Made by a program: the position numbers and the translations under genes. Positions 11,688-21,340 of a stretch of DNA of 64,000 nt are shown here, piece after piece. Each line of letters starts with the position of its first letter. The stretch's first letter is position 1. The notes beneath the pieces were generated by a model. It did no database searches. It was not told the origin of the DNA and saw only the letters and a list, made by a program, of their open reading frames with translations. Source of the DNA: Alphaproteobacteria bacterium (lineage in GTDB: Bacteria; Pseudomonadota; Alphaproteobacteria; UBA828); contig CBDCQT010000013.1 of the NCBI GenBank assembly GCA_965220745.1, forward strand, positions 928,001 to 992,000, read 5' to 3'.

Positions 11688-11847
11688 CGGTTTCTCCCTG
11701 CTAACCCCACCTGGAAGGGTGCGGCGGAGCGGGCGAGCGCGTCAAGCGCGCCGCGAATCCATGCTTCGAATCGCCGGCGGAACACGTCACCCTCGCGTGG
11801 CGCGGTCGATGGTTTACAATCGACGCTGAGATGCACCGTCGCCGCCC

Positions 11848-12192
11848 ATGACCGCCCGCCCCACCCGCGATCCGAAGAAGATTCGGCGAATCCTCGAACA
11901 GGAGCGCGCCGAGCTGCTTGCGCTTAGCGAGGCGGCGGCGGACGAGCGGCGCCCGGTGGCACTCGACCAGCAAAGTGTCGGTCGCGTCTCGCGCATGGAT
12001 GCAATGCAGGTGCAGGCGATGGCGCAATCAGTGGAGGCCCGCCGGCGCGCGCGGCTGCCCCTTATCGAGGCGGCGTTGCGCCGGCTCGACACCGGAGATT
12101 ACGGCTATTGCACCGATTGCGGAGAGCGAATTCCCGCCAAGCGGCTCGCCATAGACCCGACCATTGCCCGCTGCGTCGACTGTGCCGGTTAG
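11848..12192 (+). CDS. TraR/DksA family C4 zinc-finger protein
   Basis: LDQQSVGRVSRMDAMQ coiled coil; YGYCTDCGERIP...RCVDCA. Confidence 0.9.
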   Translation: MTARPTRDPKKIRRILEQERAELLALSEAAADERRPVALDQQSVGRVSRMDAMQVQAMAQSVEARRRARLPLIEAALRRLDTGDYGYCTDCGERIPAKRLAIDPTIARCVDCAG

Positions 12193-12211
12193 TATTGGAG
12201 ACGGCGCTGCG

Positions 12212-13003
12212 TCAGTCGCCGACTGAGATCGTCGCGTCCATGTAGAGCACCGCGCGGCCCGCGATGGTGACGCGCTCGCCCCAATCCTCGCACACCATTC
12301 GCCCGCCGCGGGCAGAAAGCTGGCGCGCGGCGAGTCGTTGCTTGCCGAGGCGGCCAGTCCAGTAGGGCACCAGTGCCGTCTGCACGTTGCCGGTGACCGG
12401 GTCCTCCGGCACGGCATTCTTGGGCGCGAAGAAGCGCAGCACGTAATCGGCGTCGCCCTCGTCTCCCGGTGCGGTCGCCACCACTCCGCGCCGGTCCAGG
12501 GCGGTCAGCCCCGCGTGATCGGGATTGAGCGCCGCGACCTGGGCGGCGTTCTCGAACACCGCGATCCAGTCCGCGCCGGCGAGCACCTCGGCCGGGGTGG
12601 CCCCCAGTGCCTTCGCGAGCACCGCAGGCGCTTGCGCCGGGCGCGCCGGCTGGGCCGGAAAATCCATCACCAGTGCCTCGCCATCGCGCGCGACCGTGAG
12701 CCGGCCGCTCAACGTCTCGAACGCGACGCTCTCCGCGCCCGGTCTCAACTCCTCGAACACGACGAAGGCGGCCGCGAGAGTGGCGTGGCCGCAGAGATCG
12801 ACCTCGACGTTGGGCGTGAACCAGCGCAGGCGATAGCCTTCGCCCTCGGGCACCATGAAGGCGGTCTCCGAGAGATTGTTCTCGGCCGAGATTGCCTGCA
12901 TCGTCGCCTCGTCGAGCCAGGCCTCGAGGGGGCAGACCGCGGCCGGATTGCCGCCCAGCACCCGGTCGGTGAAGGTATCGATCTGCAGCAATCTGATGGT
13001 CAT
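12212..13003 (-). CDS. PhzF family epimerase/isomerase
   Basis: GNPAAV, NLSETAF, LRWFTP, EVDLCGHATLA, EDPVTG. Confidence 0.93.
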   Translation of the reverse strand: MTIRLLQIDTFTDRVLGGNPAAVCPLEAWLDEATMQAISAENNLSETAFMVPEGEGYRLRWFTPNVEVDLCGHATLAAAFVVFEELRPGAESVAFETLSGRLTVARDGEALVMDFPAQPARPAQAPAVLAKALGATPAEVLAGADWIAVFENAAQVAALNPDHAGLTALDRRGVVATAPGDEGDADYVLRFFAPKNAVPEDPVTGNVQTALVPYWTGRLGKQRLAARQLSARGGRMVCEDWGERVTIAGRAVLYMDATISVGD

Positions 13004-13012
13004 CCACGCCTC

Positions 13013-13954
13013 CTATTCACCTGCGCGACGCTTGGACCAGGTAAGCACCCCAAGACCCGCGAGCAGGAGGGCAGCCGCGACCCACGCCCAGCCGCTCAGC
13101 CGCTCGCCGAAAATCACCGCTCCCCAGCCCGGCCCCGTCAGCACGATGATATAGCCGAACTGGGAGAGGAAGAGCGGGCCGCTGCGCCTGAGGATTTCGA
13201 ATATGAGATACCAGACAACGGCGGTGATCACTGTCGCACCCAGGATAGCGAGATCGCCGGCAAGCATCGGGCCGGGGAAGAGGTAGGTCTCGCCCATGCC
13301 GATCATCACCGGGACGAGCACGATGGCAGCGCCGAGCTGGATGCCGCAGGCCAGCGAGAGCGAGTGCGCCTTTGGCGGCCAGAGCAGCGTGCCTGCGATG
13401 TTGAACGCGGCGAAGCAAACCGGCGCGAGCAAGGCCAGCAGCAGCCAGCTTGCCTCCGCAAAGCTCGGCACTGTGATGCCCGGCAGCACCAGGATGACAA
13501 CGCCCACGAGGCCGAGGGCCACGCCCACGGTGCTGAGCAGCCGGAAGCGCTCCATCCTGAGCGTCATTGCCATCAGGTAGGTGCAGGTCGGCGAGAGGCA
13601 GGTGACCATGACCACGAGGCTCGCCGGCAGCTTGGGCGCCACATGGGCGAGAATCGACACCGGGATCGAAACGCCGACTGCGCCGCAGACCGCATAGAAG
13701 CGCAGATGCGCCACGCTGAAGCCCACGGGCGTTCGGGTCGCGAGGCAGCCGAGCCAGAGGATCAGCCCGGCACCGAGGGTATGCCAGAAGACGTAGGCCA
13801 GCCCCGGCACGCCATTGGTCGTCGCGACCTTGTTGATCGAGAAGAGCAGGCCGTAGAGCGCGCCCGCGATCAGCAGGTAGACGACCGCGAGTACGCCGAC
13901 CCGGGGCGCCGTTGCCGCGGCGGCGCTCGGCCGCGCTTCGCCCGCGTCGGTCAT
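13013..13954 (-). CDS. DMT/EamA family transporter
   Basis: About 10 hydrophobic helices in two EamA-like halves; WGAVIFGE. Confidence 0.85.
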   Translation of the reverse strand: MTDAGEARPSAAAATAPRVGVLAVVYLLIAGALYGLLFSINKVATTNGVPGLAYVFWHTLGAGLILWLGCLATRTPVGFSVAHLRFYAVCGAVGVSIPVSILAHVAPKLPASLVVMVTCLSPTCTYLMAMTLRMERFRLLSTVGVALGLVGVVILVLPGITVPSFAEASWLLLALLAPVCFAAFNIAGTLLWPPKAHSLSLACGIQLGAAIVLVPVMIGMGETYLFPGPMLAGDLAILGATVITAVVWYLIFEILRRSGPLFLSQFGYIIVLTGPGWGAVIFGERLSGWAWVAAALLLAGLGVLTWSKRRAGE

Positions 13955-14040
13955 GGACTCGGTAGCGGTGTGCCGGTGCGCTGCTACGCGCTACGGTCCA
14001 GCCGTTGGCCCCGGCCGGTGCGAATCGTCGGCGTCGGCCG

Positions 14041-14523
14041 CTACCACTTCGCGTGCTTGTAGCGTTCGGCCCAGTCCACGCCCTGCCAGGTCATCTGCGA
14101 ATCGGGCTTCAAGAAGATGAGCCAGCGGGGCTCGACCAGCGTCGGCTCCAGGTACTTCGGTCCATTCTCGCCCAGATAGCGCAGCGACATCTCGGTCGCG
14201 ACCTCGACCCACTTGCCGCCGGTATTGGGCTCCTCGACGATCTCGGCCCTTCCTTTGGCCATCACCTTCTGCATCGTCTCCCAGATATCGACGCAGATGT
14301 GGACTCGCGGGTCCCGCTGGATGTGCTTGGCCCAGACCGAGCGCGCGCGGGGGACGACGTAATAGCCACCGTCGCGGTACTGGTACCAGAGCGGCACGAT
14401 ATAGGGCCAACCTTCCTCGTCGAGGCAGGCGAGCCGGCATAGGTGGGGCCCCTTGAGGAATTCGTTGACCTCTTCGTCGCTCATACCGCCGACTTTGCCG
14501 CGCCAAGAGTCGTTATCCGCCAT
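14041..14523 (-). CDS. Pyridoxamine 5'-phosphate oxidase-like split-barrel protein (probably F420/flavin-dependent)
   Basis: RLACLDEEGWPYIVPLWY, IQRDPRVHICVD; divergent from the F420 operon. Confidence 0.82.
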   Translation of the reverse strand: MADNDSWRGKVGGMSDEEVNEFLKGPHLCRLACLDEEGWPYIVPLWYQYRDGGYYVVPRARSVWAKHIQRDPRVHICVDIWETMQKVMAKGRAEIVEEPNTGGKWVEVATEMSLRYLGENGPKYLEPTLVEPRWLIFLKPDSQMTWQGVDWAERYKHAKW

Positions 14524-14658
14524 CTTGTCTCTCCCTTATCCGGCTGGTACGCGGCCACTCCGCCGAGGCCCGACGATGCCGCACTGACGGCGCATGATAA
14601 CATGGTATGCCGCGGCCGCGCCGGCCGCGCGCGCAACCGTGAGCGAGGGAGGCCTTGA

Positions 14659-15522
14659 ATGCAGCTTGGCGTCGTTTTTCCACAGACCGAGATCGGCAAC
14701 GATCCCGCGGTCGTTCGCGACTACGGGCAGGCGGCCGAAGCGCTGGGCTACGAGCACGTCCTCGCCTTCGATCACGTGCTCGGCGGCAACGCGGCCACGC
14801 ACGATCTCAGAGGCCCGTACAAGCACACCGATGCATTCCACGAGCCCTTCGTGTTGTTCGGTTTTCTCGCAGCCGTCACCCGGCTCGAATTCGTCACCGG
14901 CATCATCATCCTGCCGCAGCGTCAGGCCGCGCTGGTCGCCAAGCAGGCGGCGGCGCTCGACGTGCTTTGCGAAGGGAGACTCAGGCTCGGCGTCGCGGTC
15001 GGCTGGAACCACGTGGAGTTCGAGGCGCTCGGCATGGATTTTTCGGACCGCGGACGACGCATCGATGAGCAGATCGAGGTCATGCGCCTGCTCTGGACCA
15101 ACGAGCTCATCACCTACGAGGGGCAGGACCACCGCATCACCGATGCCGGGCTGAACCCGCTCCCGGTCCAGCAACCCATCCCCGTCTGGTTCGGCGGCCA
15201 CGCCGATGTCGTCCTCAAGCGCATCGCCCGGATCGGCGACGGCTGGTTCCCGCTCTTCGCGCCGGACGACGCGGGGGCGGCTGAGGTCGAGAAGTTCCGG
15301 GGCTACATCCGAGACGCCGGCCGAGATCCTGCTGCGGTCGGGATCGAGACTTGGCTCGATGTGCTGGACAAGACGCCCGAGCAGTGGCGGGCGCACGCCG
15401 CGGGCTGGAAGAAGCTCGGCGCGACACACTATTCGGTCAACACGATGAACTCGGGCCTCACCACGCCGCGGGCACATATCGAGGCCATCGAACGGATCAA
15501 GACGGCACTCGCGGACATCTGA
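14659..15522 (+). CDS. LLM-class F420-dependent oxidoreductase (Rv2161c-like)
   Basis: GVVFPQTEIG, AFDHVLG, HEPFVLFGFLAA, ILPQRQAALVAKQAA, RLGVAVGWN, GDGWFP; co-oriented with cofE/cofD. Confidence 0.88.
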   Translation: MQLGVVFPQTEIGNDPAVVRDYGQAAEALGYEHVLAFDHVLGGNAATHDLRGPYKHTDAFHEPFVLFGFLAAVTRLEFVTGIIILPQRQAALVAKQAAALDVLCEGRLRLGVAVGWNHVEFEALGMDFSDRGRRIDEQIEVMRLLWTNELITYEGQDHRITDAGLNPLPVQQPIPVWFGGHADVVLKRIARIGDGWFPLFAPDDAGAAEVEKFRGYIRDAGRDPAAVGIETWLDVLDKTPEQWRAHAAGWKKLGATHYSVNTMNSGLTTPRAHIEAIERIKTALADI

Positions 15523-15543
15523 ACCCGGCGGCGCCGTAGCGGT

Positions 15544-15990
15544 ATGGACGAGGGCAGGGCGGCCGTCCTCGGGGAGGGCGAGCGCGCCTTCCTGGAGGCG
15601 CAGCGGGTGGCCCGCCTCGCGACTGCCGATGTGGCCGGTGCACCCCATGTCGTGCCCGTTTGCTTCGCCATCCAAGGCGTCTCCGCCTATATCGCGATCG
15701 ACCGCAAGCCCAAGAGCGGTAGGCCGCTGAAGCGCCTCCGCAACATTGCGGAGAACATGAACGTCGTGCTGACTGCCGATCACTATGACGATGACGACTG
15801 GTCCCGGCTGCGCTGGGTCATGGTGCGCGGCCGGGCGGAGATACTGGAAAGCGGTGCGGAGCACGACGCGGCTCAAGCGCTTCTCCGCGCCAAATATCCG
15901 CAGTACCGCAAGATGGACCTGGCGCCGCTCCCCGTGATCGCGATTCGTATCGAGCGAGCGACGAGTTGGAGCGGGGCCGGCACGCGATGA
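15544..15990 (+). CDS. PPOX-class F420-dependent oxidoreductase (Rv0121-like)
   Basis: RVARLAT, PHVVPVCFA, IDRKPK, LKRLRNI, DHYDDDDWSRLRWV, LRAKYPQY. Confidence 0.88.
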   Translation: MDEGRAAVLGEGERAFLEAQRVARLATADVAGAPHVVPVCFAIQGVSAYIAIDRKPKSGRPLKRLRNIAENMNVVLTADHYDDDDWSRLRWVMVRGRAEILESGAEHDAAQALLRAKYPQYRKMDLAPLPVIAIRIERATSWSGAGTR

Positions 15991-16772
15991 CCGCACGGCC
16001 GGCGCGCCCTCGCGCGCTCTCATTGTTCGCGTTGCCGGGCATCCCCATGGTGCAGCCCGGCGACGATCTCGCGGCGCTGATCGCGGACGGCTTCGCGCGG
16101 GCCGGCGAAGCGGCGGCCGCAGGCGACGTGCTCGTTGTCGCCCAGAAAATCGTGTCCAAGAGCGAGGGGCGCTACGCCAATCTGGCGGAGGTGGTGCCCG
16201 GTGCCGAAGCGCGGGAGCTTGCCGCGCGCGCCGACAAGGACCCGCGCATGGTCGAGCTGATCCTGAGCGAGTCGCGGCGGGTGGTGCGTCATCGGCCTGG
16301 AGTCATCATCGTGGAGCACCGGCTGGGGTTCGTCATGGCGAACGCCGGGATCGACAACTCCAACGTGGAGCCGGCGGGCGCGGACGAGCGGGTTCTGCTG
16401 CTGCCCCGCGATCCCGACGGAAGTGCGCAACGTCTGCGCGAGGGGTTGCGGGACCGGCTCGGCACGGACTGCGCCGTGATCGTCAACGACAGCGTTGGCC
16501 GGGCCTGGCGCGTGGGCACCGTGGGCCTCGCGCTGGGCGCCGCCGGACTGCCCTCGCTGCTCGACCTCCGGGGGCGCGACGATCTCTTCGGCCGGCCGCT
16601 CGAGGTGACGCAGGTGGCGCTGGCGGACGAGCTCGCAGCCGCCGCCTCGCTGCTGCAGGGCGAGGCCGACGAAGGCATGCCCGTGGTGGTGGTGCGCGGG
16701 CTTGCCGCTGCGGGGCCGGGCAACGATGGCGCCGCGCTCATTCGCGACGAGGCCGATGACCTCTTCCGCTGA
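15987..16772 (+). CDS. cofE: Coenzyme F420-0:L-glutamate ligase
   Basis: GIPMVQPGDDL, VVAQKIVSKSEGR, ANAGIDNSN, LPRDPDGSA, DSVGRAWRVG, ADELAAAA; ATGA overlap with the upstream gene. Confidence 0.93.
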   Translation: MTARPARPRALSLFALPGIPMVQPGDDLAALIADGFARAGEAAAAGDVLVVAQKIVSKSEGRYANLAEVVPGAEARELAARADKDPRMVELILSESRRVVRHRPGVIIVEHRLGFVMANAGIDNSNVEPAGADERVLLLPRDPDGSAQRLREGLRDRLGTDCAVIVNDSVGRAWRVGTVGLALGAAGLPSLLDLRGRDDLFGRPLEVTQVALADELAAAASLLQGEADEGMPVVVVRGLAAAGPGNDGAALIRDEADDLFR

Positions 16773-17745
16773 CGCCAGCTACGTCGCGCTCTCCGGCGGG
16801 GTGGGCGGCGCCAAGCTCGCGCTCGGGCTCTGCGACGCGCTGGAGGATCCTGGTCGGCTCACGGTCGTCGCCAACACCGGCGACGACTTCGAGCAGCTGG
16901 GCCTCAAGGTCTGCCCTGACCTCGACACGCTCACCTACACCCTGGCCGGGCTCGCGAACCCGGAGACCGGCTGGGGGCGAGCGGGGGAGAGCGGCGCTTT
17001 CATGGAGGCGCTGGGCGCGCTTGGTGGCGAGACCTGGTTCTTCCTCGGCGACAAGGACCTCGCCATCCACGTCGAGCGCACCCGACGGCTGCGGGCGGGC
17101 GAGAGCCTGAGCGCGGCCACTGCGGCGCTGAGTGCGAGGCTGGGTATCCAGGCGCGCATCGTGCCCATGAGCGACGATCCGGTGCCGACCGTCGTCGAGA
17201 CCGAGGACGGCCCGCTCGCGTTCCAGCACTATTTCGTGCGGGAGCGGTGTAAACCGAAGGTGCTGGGATTTCGCCACGAAGGGGCGGAGCAGGCGCGGGC
17301 CTCGGCCGGCTTTCTGGATGCGCTGGCGGCGCCTGATCCCTGCGCCGTCATCATCTGCCCGTCGAACCCGTATATCAGCATCGACCCCATCCTGGCGCTG
17401 CCGGGCGTGCGCGCCGCGCTCACGGCCTGCGAGGCGCCGGTGATCGCGGTCTCGCCGATCATCGGCGGGCAGGCGGTCAAGGGACCCACGGCCAAGATGA
17501 TGGCGGAGCGCGGCATCGCGCCGAGCGCCGCCGCCATTGCCGAGCACTACGCCGGGCTGATCGACGGCTTCGTGCTCGACGAAGCCGACCGGGCCGAGGC
17601 GGCCGGAATCGCCGCGACCGGCGTGGCGGTCGAAGTCACGGCCACGATGATGACCGCGCGCAAGGAGAAGCAGGCCCTCGCCCGCGCGGTTCTCGCGTTC
17701 GCTGAGCGGCTCAGCGCGGCGGGCTACTCGAGCTCCACCGCGTAG
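16756..17745 (+). CDS. cofD: 2-phospho-L-lactate/PEP transferase (F420 biosynthesis)
   Basis: LSGGVGGAKL, NTGDDF, CPDLDT, WFFLGDKD, FQHYFV, PSNPYISIDPIL, KGPTAKMM; 3' end overlaps convergent thiY by 22 nt. Confidence 0.94.
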   Translation: MTSSADASYVALSGGVGGAKLALGLCDALEDPGRLTVVANTGDDFEQLGLKVCPDLDTLTYTLAGLANPETGWGRAGESGAFMEALGALGGETWFFLGDKDLAIHVERTRRLRAGESLSAATAALSARLGIQARIVPMSDDPVPTVVETEDGPLAFQHYFVRERCKPKVLGFRHEGAEQARASAGFLDALAAPDPCAVIICPSNPYISIDPILALPGVRAALTACEAPVIAVSPIIGGQAVKGPTAKMMAERGIAPSAAAIAEHYAGLIDGFVLDEADRAEAAGIAATGVAVEVTATMMTARKEKQALARAVLAFAERLSAAGYSSSTA

Positions 17746-18683
17746 GCCGAAGCGGGCAGCGCCTCCGGGATCAGCCCCTGGGCCTGGAGAAAGACGGCGA
17801 AGCGCTCGTAGCGCGCGGTATCCAGTGCCGCCGGCCTGAGCGCGAAGCGCGGCAGCGTGTCGCGCCAGGCGCGCTTGTTGAGCTCGTCGTCGAGCTCCTC
17901 CCGGCCCTTCAGGAACAGCTGCCAGGACTCGTCCGGGTGGTTGATCAGGAACTGCACGCCGCGTTCCAGGGCATCGACGAAGCCACGAAGCGCGGGGTCG
18001 CCTTGCCGGCTGGTGTGGGCGACGACGATGAGCTCGTCGTAGGGCGGCACGCCCTCTTCCTCGATATAGAAGGCGCGTCCCGGATGCCCTTCGATGTCCA
18101 TCTGGTTGAGCTCGAAGTTGCGGTAGGCGCCGATCACGGCATCGACCTGGCCGGAGAGGATCGACGGCGAGAGCGAGAAGTTGACGTTGACCAGGGTCAC
18201 GTCGTCGATGCCGAGGCCGTGGCGTTCGAGCATGGCGCCGAGCAGCGCGTCCTCGAAGCCGCCGACCGAGTAGCCCACCGTGCGCCCCTTGAGGTCCGCA
18301 ATCGACTGGATCGGGCCGTCAGCCAGCACCAGCAGCGTGTTGAGCGGGGTGGCCACCAGCGTCGCGATCCGCACCAGCGGCAGCCCCTCTGCCACCTGGA
18401 GGTGAAGCTGCGGCTGGTAGGAAACCGCGAGGTCCGCCTTCTCGGCGGCGACCAGCTTGGGCGGGTCATTGGGATCGGCCGGCGCGATGAGCTCGACCTC
18501 CAGACCAGCGTCCGCGAAATAGCCCTTCTCAAGCGCCACGTAGAGCGGCGCGTGGTCGGGATTGACGAACCAGTCGAGCAGCACGGTCAGCTTCTCGGCC
18601 GCATCCGCCGGTTTCGGCGCGATCAGGGCCGCCGCCAGGCACAAGGCGGCGACTGTCATCAACGTCTTGGCCATACTCCGCAT
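17724..18683 (-). CDS. thiY: HMP/thiamine-precursor ABC transporter substrate-binding protein (NMT1/THI5-like)
   Basis: LLDWFVNPDHAP, SYQPQLH, NVNFSLS, GAYRNFE, YDEL; in the TPP riboswitch operon. Confidence 0.88.
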   Translation of the reverse strand: MRSMAKTLMTVAALCLAAALIAPKPADAAEKLTVLLDWFVNPDHAPLYVALEKGYFADAGLEVELIAPADPNDPPKLVAAEKADLAVSYQPQLHLQVAEGLPLVRIATLVATPLNTLLVLADGPIQSIADLKGRTVGYSVGGFEDALLGAMLERHGLGIDDVTLVNVNFSLSPSILSGQVDAVIGAYRNFELNQMDIEGHPGRAFYIEEEGVPPYDELIVVAHTSRQGDPALRGFVDALERGVQFLINHPDESWQLFLKGREELDDELNKRAWRDTLPRFALRPAALDTARYERFAVFLQAQGLIPEALPASAYAVELE

Positions 18684-18706
18684 GTGTCATCCTCCCGGTT
18701 GGTAAT

Positions 18707-19447
18707 TCAGGTGTCGGGCTGCCAATGAAGGGCCCGGCGCAGCACGTGGTCGATGATGAAGTAGATCGCCACCGCGAAGACCGCGAGGGTGAGCAGCGCG
18801 GCGAACATCAGGTCGATTTGCATGCGCGCGTTGGCGTGCAGCATGAGGAAGCCGAGGCCCGCGCTGGAGCCCACCCACTCGCCCACAACGGCGCCGATGG
18901 GGGCCACCGCCGCCGCGACGCGGACGCCCGAGGCCAGCGCGGGCAGCCCCGCCGGCACGCGAATGCGCCAGAGCGTCCGCCACGGGCTCGCGCCCATGGC
19001 GCGGGCGAGGTCGAGCCAGCCCGGCTCGGTACGCCGGAGGCCGTCGAAGAAGTTTGCGGCAACCGGAAAGTAGATAATCAGCGTCGCCATCGCGACCTTG
19101 GACGCGATGCCGTAGCCGAGCCAGAGCACGAGGATCGGCGCGAGCGCGAAGACCGGCACGGCCTGGGACGCCACCAGCACCGGCAGGAGCCAGAGCCGCG
19201 CCGGCCTGACGTACGTGAGCACCAGGGCGCTGATCACGCCCAGCAGAGTGCCGAGCACAAGGCCGAGCGCGATCTCCAGCAGGGTGGTCTGGGCGTGGCC
19301 CAGGATCAGACCGGCGTGCTCCCACCAGGTCACCCCGACCCGCGCAGGTCCAGGCAGGATGAAGTGAGGGGTGTCGGCCAGCCAGACGACCGCCTGCCAG
19401 ACCAGCACCAGAAGGCCGCAGATCGTCGTCAGCCTGAAGACGCGCAT
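18707..19447 (-). CDS. thiX: ABC transporter permease (ThiX)
   Basis: SQAVPVFALAP, FFDGL, APIGAVVGEWVGS. Confidence 0.85.
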   Translation of the reverse strand: MRVFRLTTICGLLVLVWQAVVWLADTPHFILPGPARVGVTWWEHAGLILGHAQTTLLEIALGLVLGTLLGVISALVLTYVRPARLWLLPVLVASQAVPVFALAPILVLWLGYGIASKVAMATLIIYFPVAANFFDGLRRTEPGWLDLARAMGASPWRTLWRIRVPAGLPALASGVRVAAAVAPIGAVVGEWVGSSAGLGFLMLHANARMQIDLMFAALLTLAVFAVAIYFIIDHVLRRALHWQPDT

Positions 19448-19462
19448 TACAAGCCCTGGCCA

Positions 19463-20230
19463 TCAGTGGGGCCGCGCGTCGGCGCCGGCATCGTCGGCCG
19501 CGGCGAGTCGTTCCAGCAGCGCGGCGTGCTGAGCCTGGAGGGTGCGATCGCCGGGCTTGCGGGGCGGCACCCCGTCGGGCGCGGAGGCGCGCTGCAGAGT
19601 CGCCGGGCGGCCAGCCATGACGTAGATTCGCTCGCCCAGCCGGAGCGCCTCCAGCGGATCGTGGGTCACCAGCAGCACCGTGCGCCCGGCGAGGAGGCCG
19701 GCGGCAAGCTCCTGCAAGCGCATCCGCGTGATCGCGTCGAGTGCGGAGAAGGGCTCGTCCATGAGCACGATGGGCCGGTCCTCCATCAGGGTGCGGGCGA
19801 GCGCGACCCGCTGGCGCATGCCGCCGGAGAGCGTGCGGGGCAGGGCATCGGCCTCGGCGCCGAGGCCCACGCGCTCCAGCATCGCGAGGGCGCGGGCCCG
19901 GTCGGGCTTCTCGCCACGCAGGCGTGCGCCGAGGGAGACGTTGCCGAGCGCGCTGAGCCAGGGCATGAGCAGGTCCTGCTGCGCCATGTAGGCGACCGGC
20001 GCGCCACCCAGGACGTCCAGGCTGCCGGACTCCAGCCGCTCCAGGCCCGCGATGACCCGGAGCAGGCTCGACTTGCCCACGCCGCTCGGCCCCAGCAGGC
20101 AGGTCCAGCGGCCCCGCTCCAGGTCGAGCTCCAGGCCGTCGAAGAGCAGCGTGCCCTCGAAGCCGAAGCGTGCGCCCTCGACCCGGACGGCGTGGTCCGA
20201 TTCGGATTGTGGGTGTTCCGGTGGGGGCAC
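19463..20230 (-). CDS. thiZ: ABC transporter ATP-binding protein (ThiZ)
   Basis: GPSGVGKS, LSGGMRQR, LMDEPFSALD, THD. Confidence 0.85.
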   Translation of the reverse strand: MPPPEHPQSESDHAVRVEGARFGFEGTLLFDGLELDLERGRWTCLLGPSGVGKSSLLRVIAGLERLESGSLDVLGGAPVAYMAQQDLLMPWLSALGNVSLGARLRGEKPDRARALAMLERVGLGAEADALPRTLSGGMRQRVALARTLMEDRPIVLMDEPFSALDAITRMRLQELAAGLLAGRTVLLVTHDPLEALRLGERIYVMAGRPATLQRASAPDGVPPRKPGDRTLQAQHAALLERLAAADDAGADARPH

Positions 20231-20231
20231 G

Positions 20232-20325
20232 TCTCGTTTCCTACGCCGGTCCTAACCGGATCAGGTTCAAGGGGTCGTCGGGGTGGGTCCGACCTCTCAG
20301 CCGCGTACGGCTCCCCCAGAGCGGA
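20232..20325 (-). ncRNA. TPP riboswitch (THI element)
   Basis: Minus strand reads GGGGAGCC...GCTGAGAG...ACCCCTTGAACCTGATCCGGTTAGGACCGGCGTAGGAA. Its 3' end abuts the GTG of thiZ, suggesting translational control. Confidence 0.93.
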
Positions 20326-20329
20326 ACCG

Positions 20330-20358
20330 ATTGTGACGAAGCGACTGCCGCGTTGCAA
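20330..20358 (-). promoter_or_regulatory. Putative sigma70 promoter of the thi operon
   Basis: TTGCAA-17 bp-CACAAT immediately 5' of the riboswitch. Confidence 0.55.
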
Positions 20359-20398
20359 GCGCGGTAGAGAGTTTCTTCATTTCCCTCAATCGCCGGGC

Positions 20399-20468
20399 GC
20401 TCGCTCCGCGAGCTTGGCTCCGCGCTTCGCGCGCGGCGCTATCGCGCCGTCCGGGCCTGCCGGCCCGG
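20399..20468. repeat. Four tandem perfect hairpins (REP/MITE-like element)
   Basis: gctcgc-tcc-gcgagc; cgcgc-ttc-gcgcg; cggcgc-tatc-gcgccg; ccgggcc-tgcc-ggcccgg. Confidence 0.6.
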
Positions 20469-20541
20469 TCCCTCTGATGTGCTACATCTCGACTGTCGCT
20501 GGTTTAGGTGCGGCGGTGGAGCCGATTTTTGGGGGCAGGCG

Positions 20542-21309
20542 ATGGAATGGAGCGATACGGGCATCGTCCTTTCCGCTCGCCGCCACGGTGAGAACGCTGC
20601 CGTGGTCTCGCTGCTTACCGAGCATCACGGCCGCCACGCCGGGCTGGTTCACGGCGCTCGCGGACGCAGGGCGCGCGGGCTCTACGAGGCGGGGAACACG
20701 CTCTCGGCCCGCTGGCAGGCGCGCTTGGCCGAGCACCTCGGCCGCTACACCTGCGAGCTCGTGCGTGCGCGTGCGAGCCTGCTGCTGGACGATCCGCCGC
20801 GCCTCGCGGCGCTCGCCGCCGTCTGCGCGCTGACGGAGGCGACGTTGCCCGAGCGGCACCCGTATCCGCAGGTCTACGACGCCACCGGGCGCCTGCTCGA
20901 CAAGCTCGAAGCAAGCGAGCGCTGGGCCGAAGCGGTGGTCCATTGGGAGCTTGCGCTGCTCGCCGAGCTTGGCTTCGGTCTCGACCTCTCGGCCTGTGCG
21001 GCGACCGGGGCGGTCGAGGACCTGGCCTACGTCTCGCCCCGCAGCGGGCGGGCGGTGTCGCGTGAGGCCGCCGAGCCCTACGCGGAGAAGCTGCTCTCGC
21101 TGCCGACCTTCCTCGTGCGGCCGGAGGATGACGCCGCAGTCGCCGCCACCGATATTGTGGCCGGGCTCCGGTTAACAGGATGGTTCTTCGAGAAGCACGT
21201 GTTCGTGGGGCAGGGCGGCCGGATGCCCGCCGCCCGCGAGCGCTTCATCGACCGCATTCAGGCAAGCACGAAGCCGTCGCCCGCCGCGCCGATAGAGCAA
21301 GACCCTTAA
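20542..21309 (+). CDS. recO: DNA repair protein RecO
   Basis: [50 protein letters not shown]. Confidence 0.96.
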   Translation: MEWSDTGIVLSARRHGENAAVVSLLTEHHGRHAGLVHGARGRRARGLYEAGNTLSARWQARLAEHLGRYTCELVRARASLLLDDPPRLAALAAVCALTEATLPERHPYPQVYDATGRLLDKLEASERWAEAVVHWELALLAELGFGLDLSACAATGAVEDLAYVSPRSGRAVSREAAEPYAEKLLSLPTFLVRPEDDAAVAATDIVAGLRLTGWFFEKHVFVGQGGRMPAARERFIDRIQASTKPSPAAPIEQDP

Positions 21310-21340
21310 CCGGCGCGCCGCCTGTGCTATAGCGGCTGTC

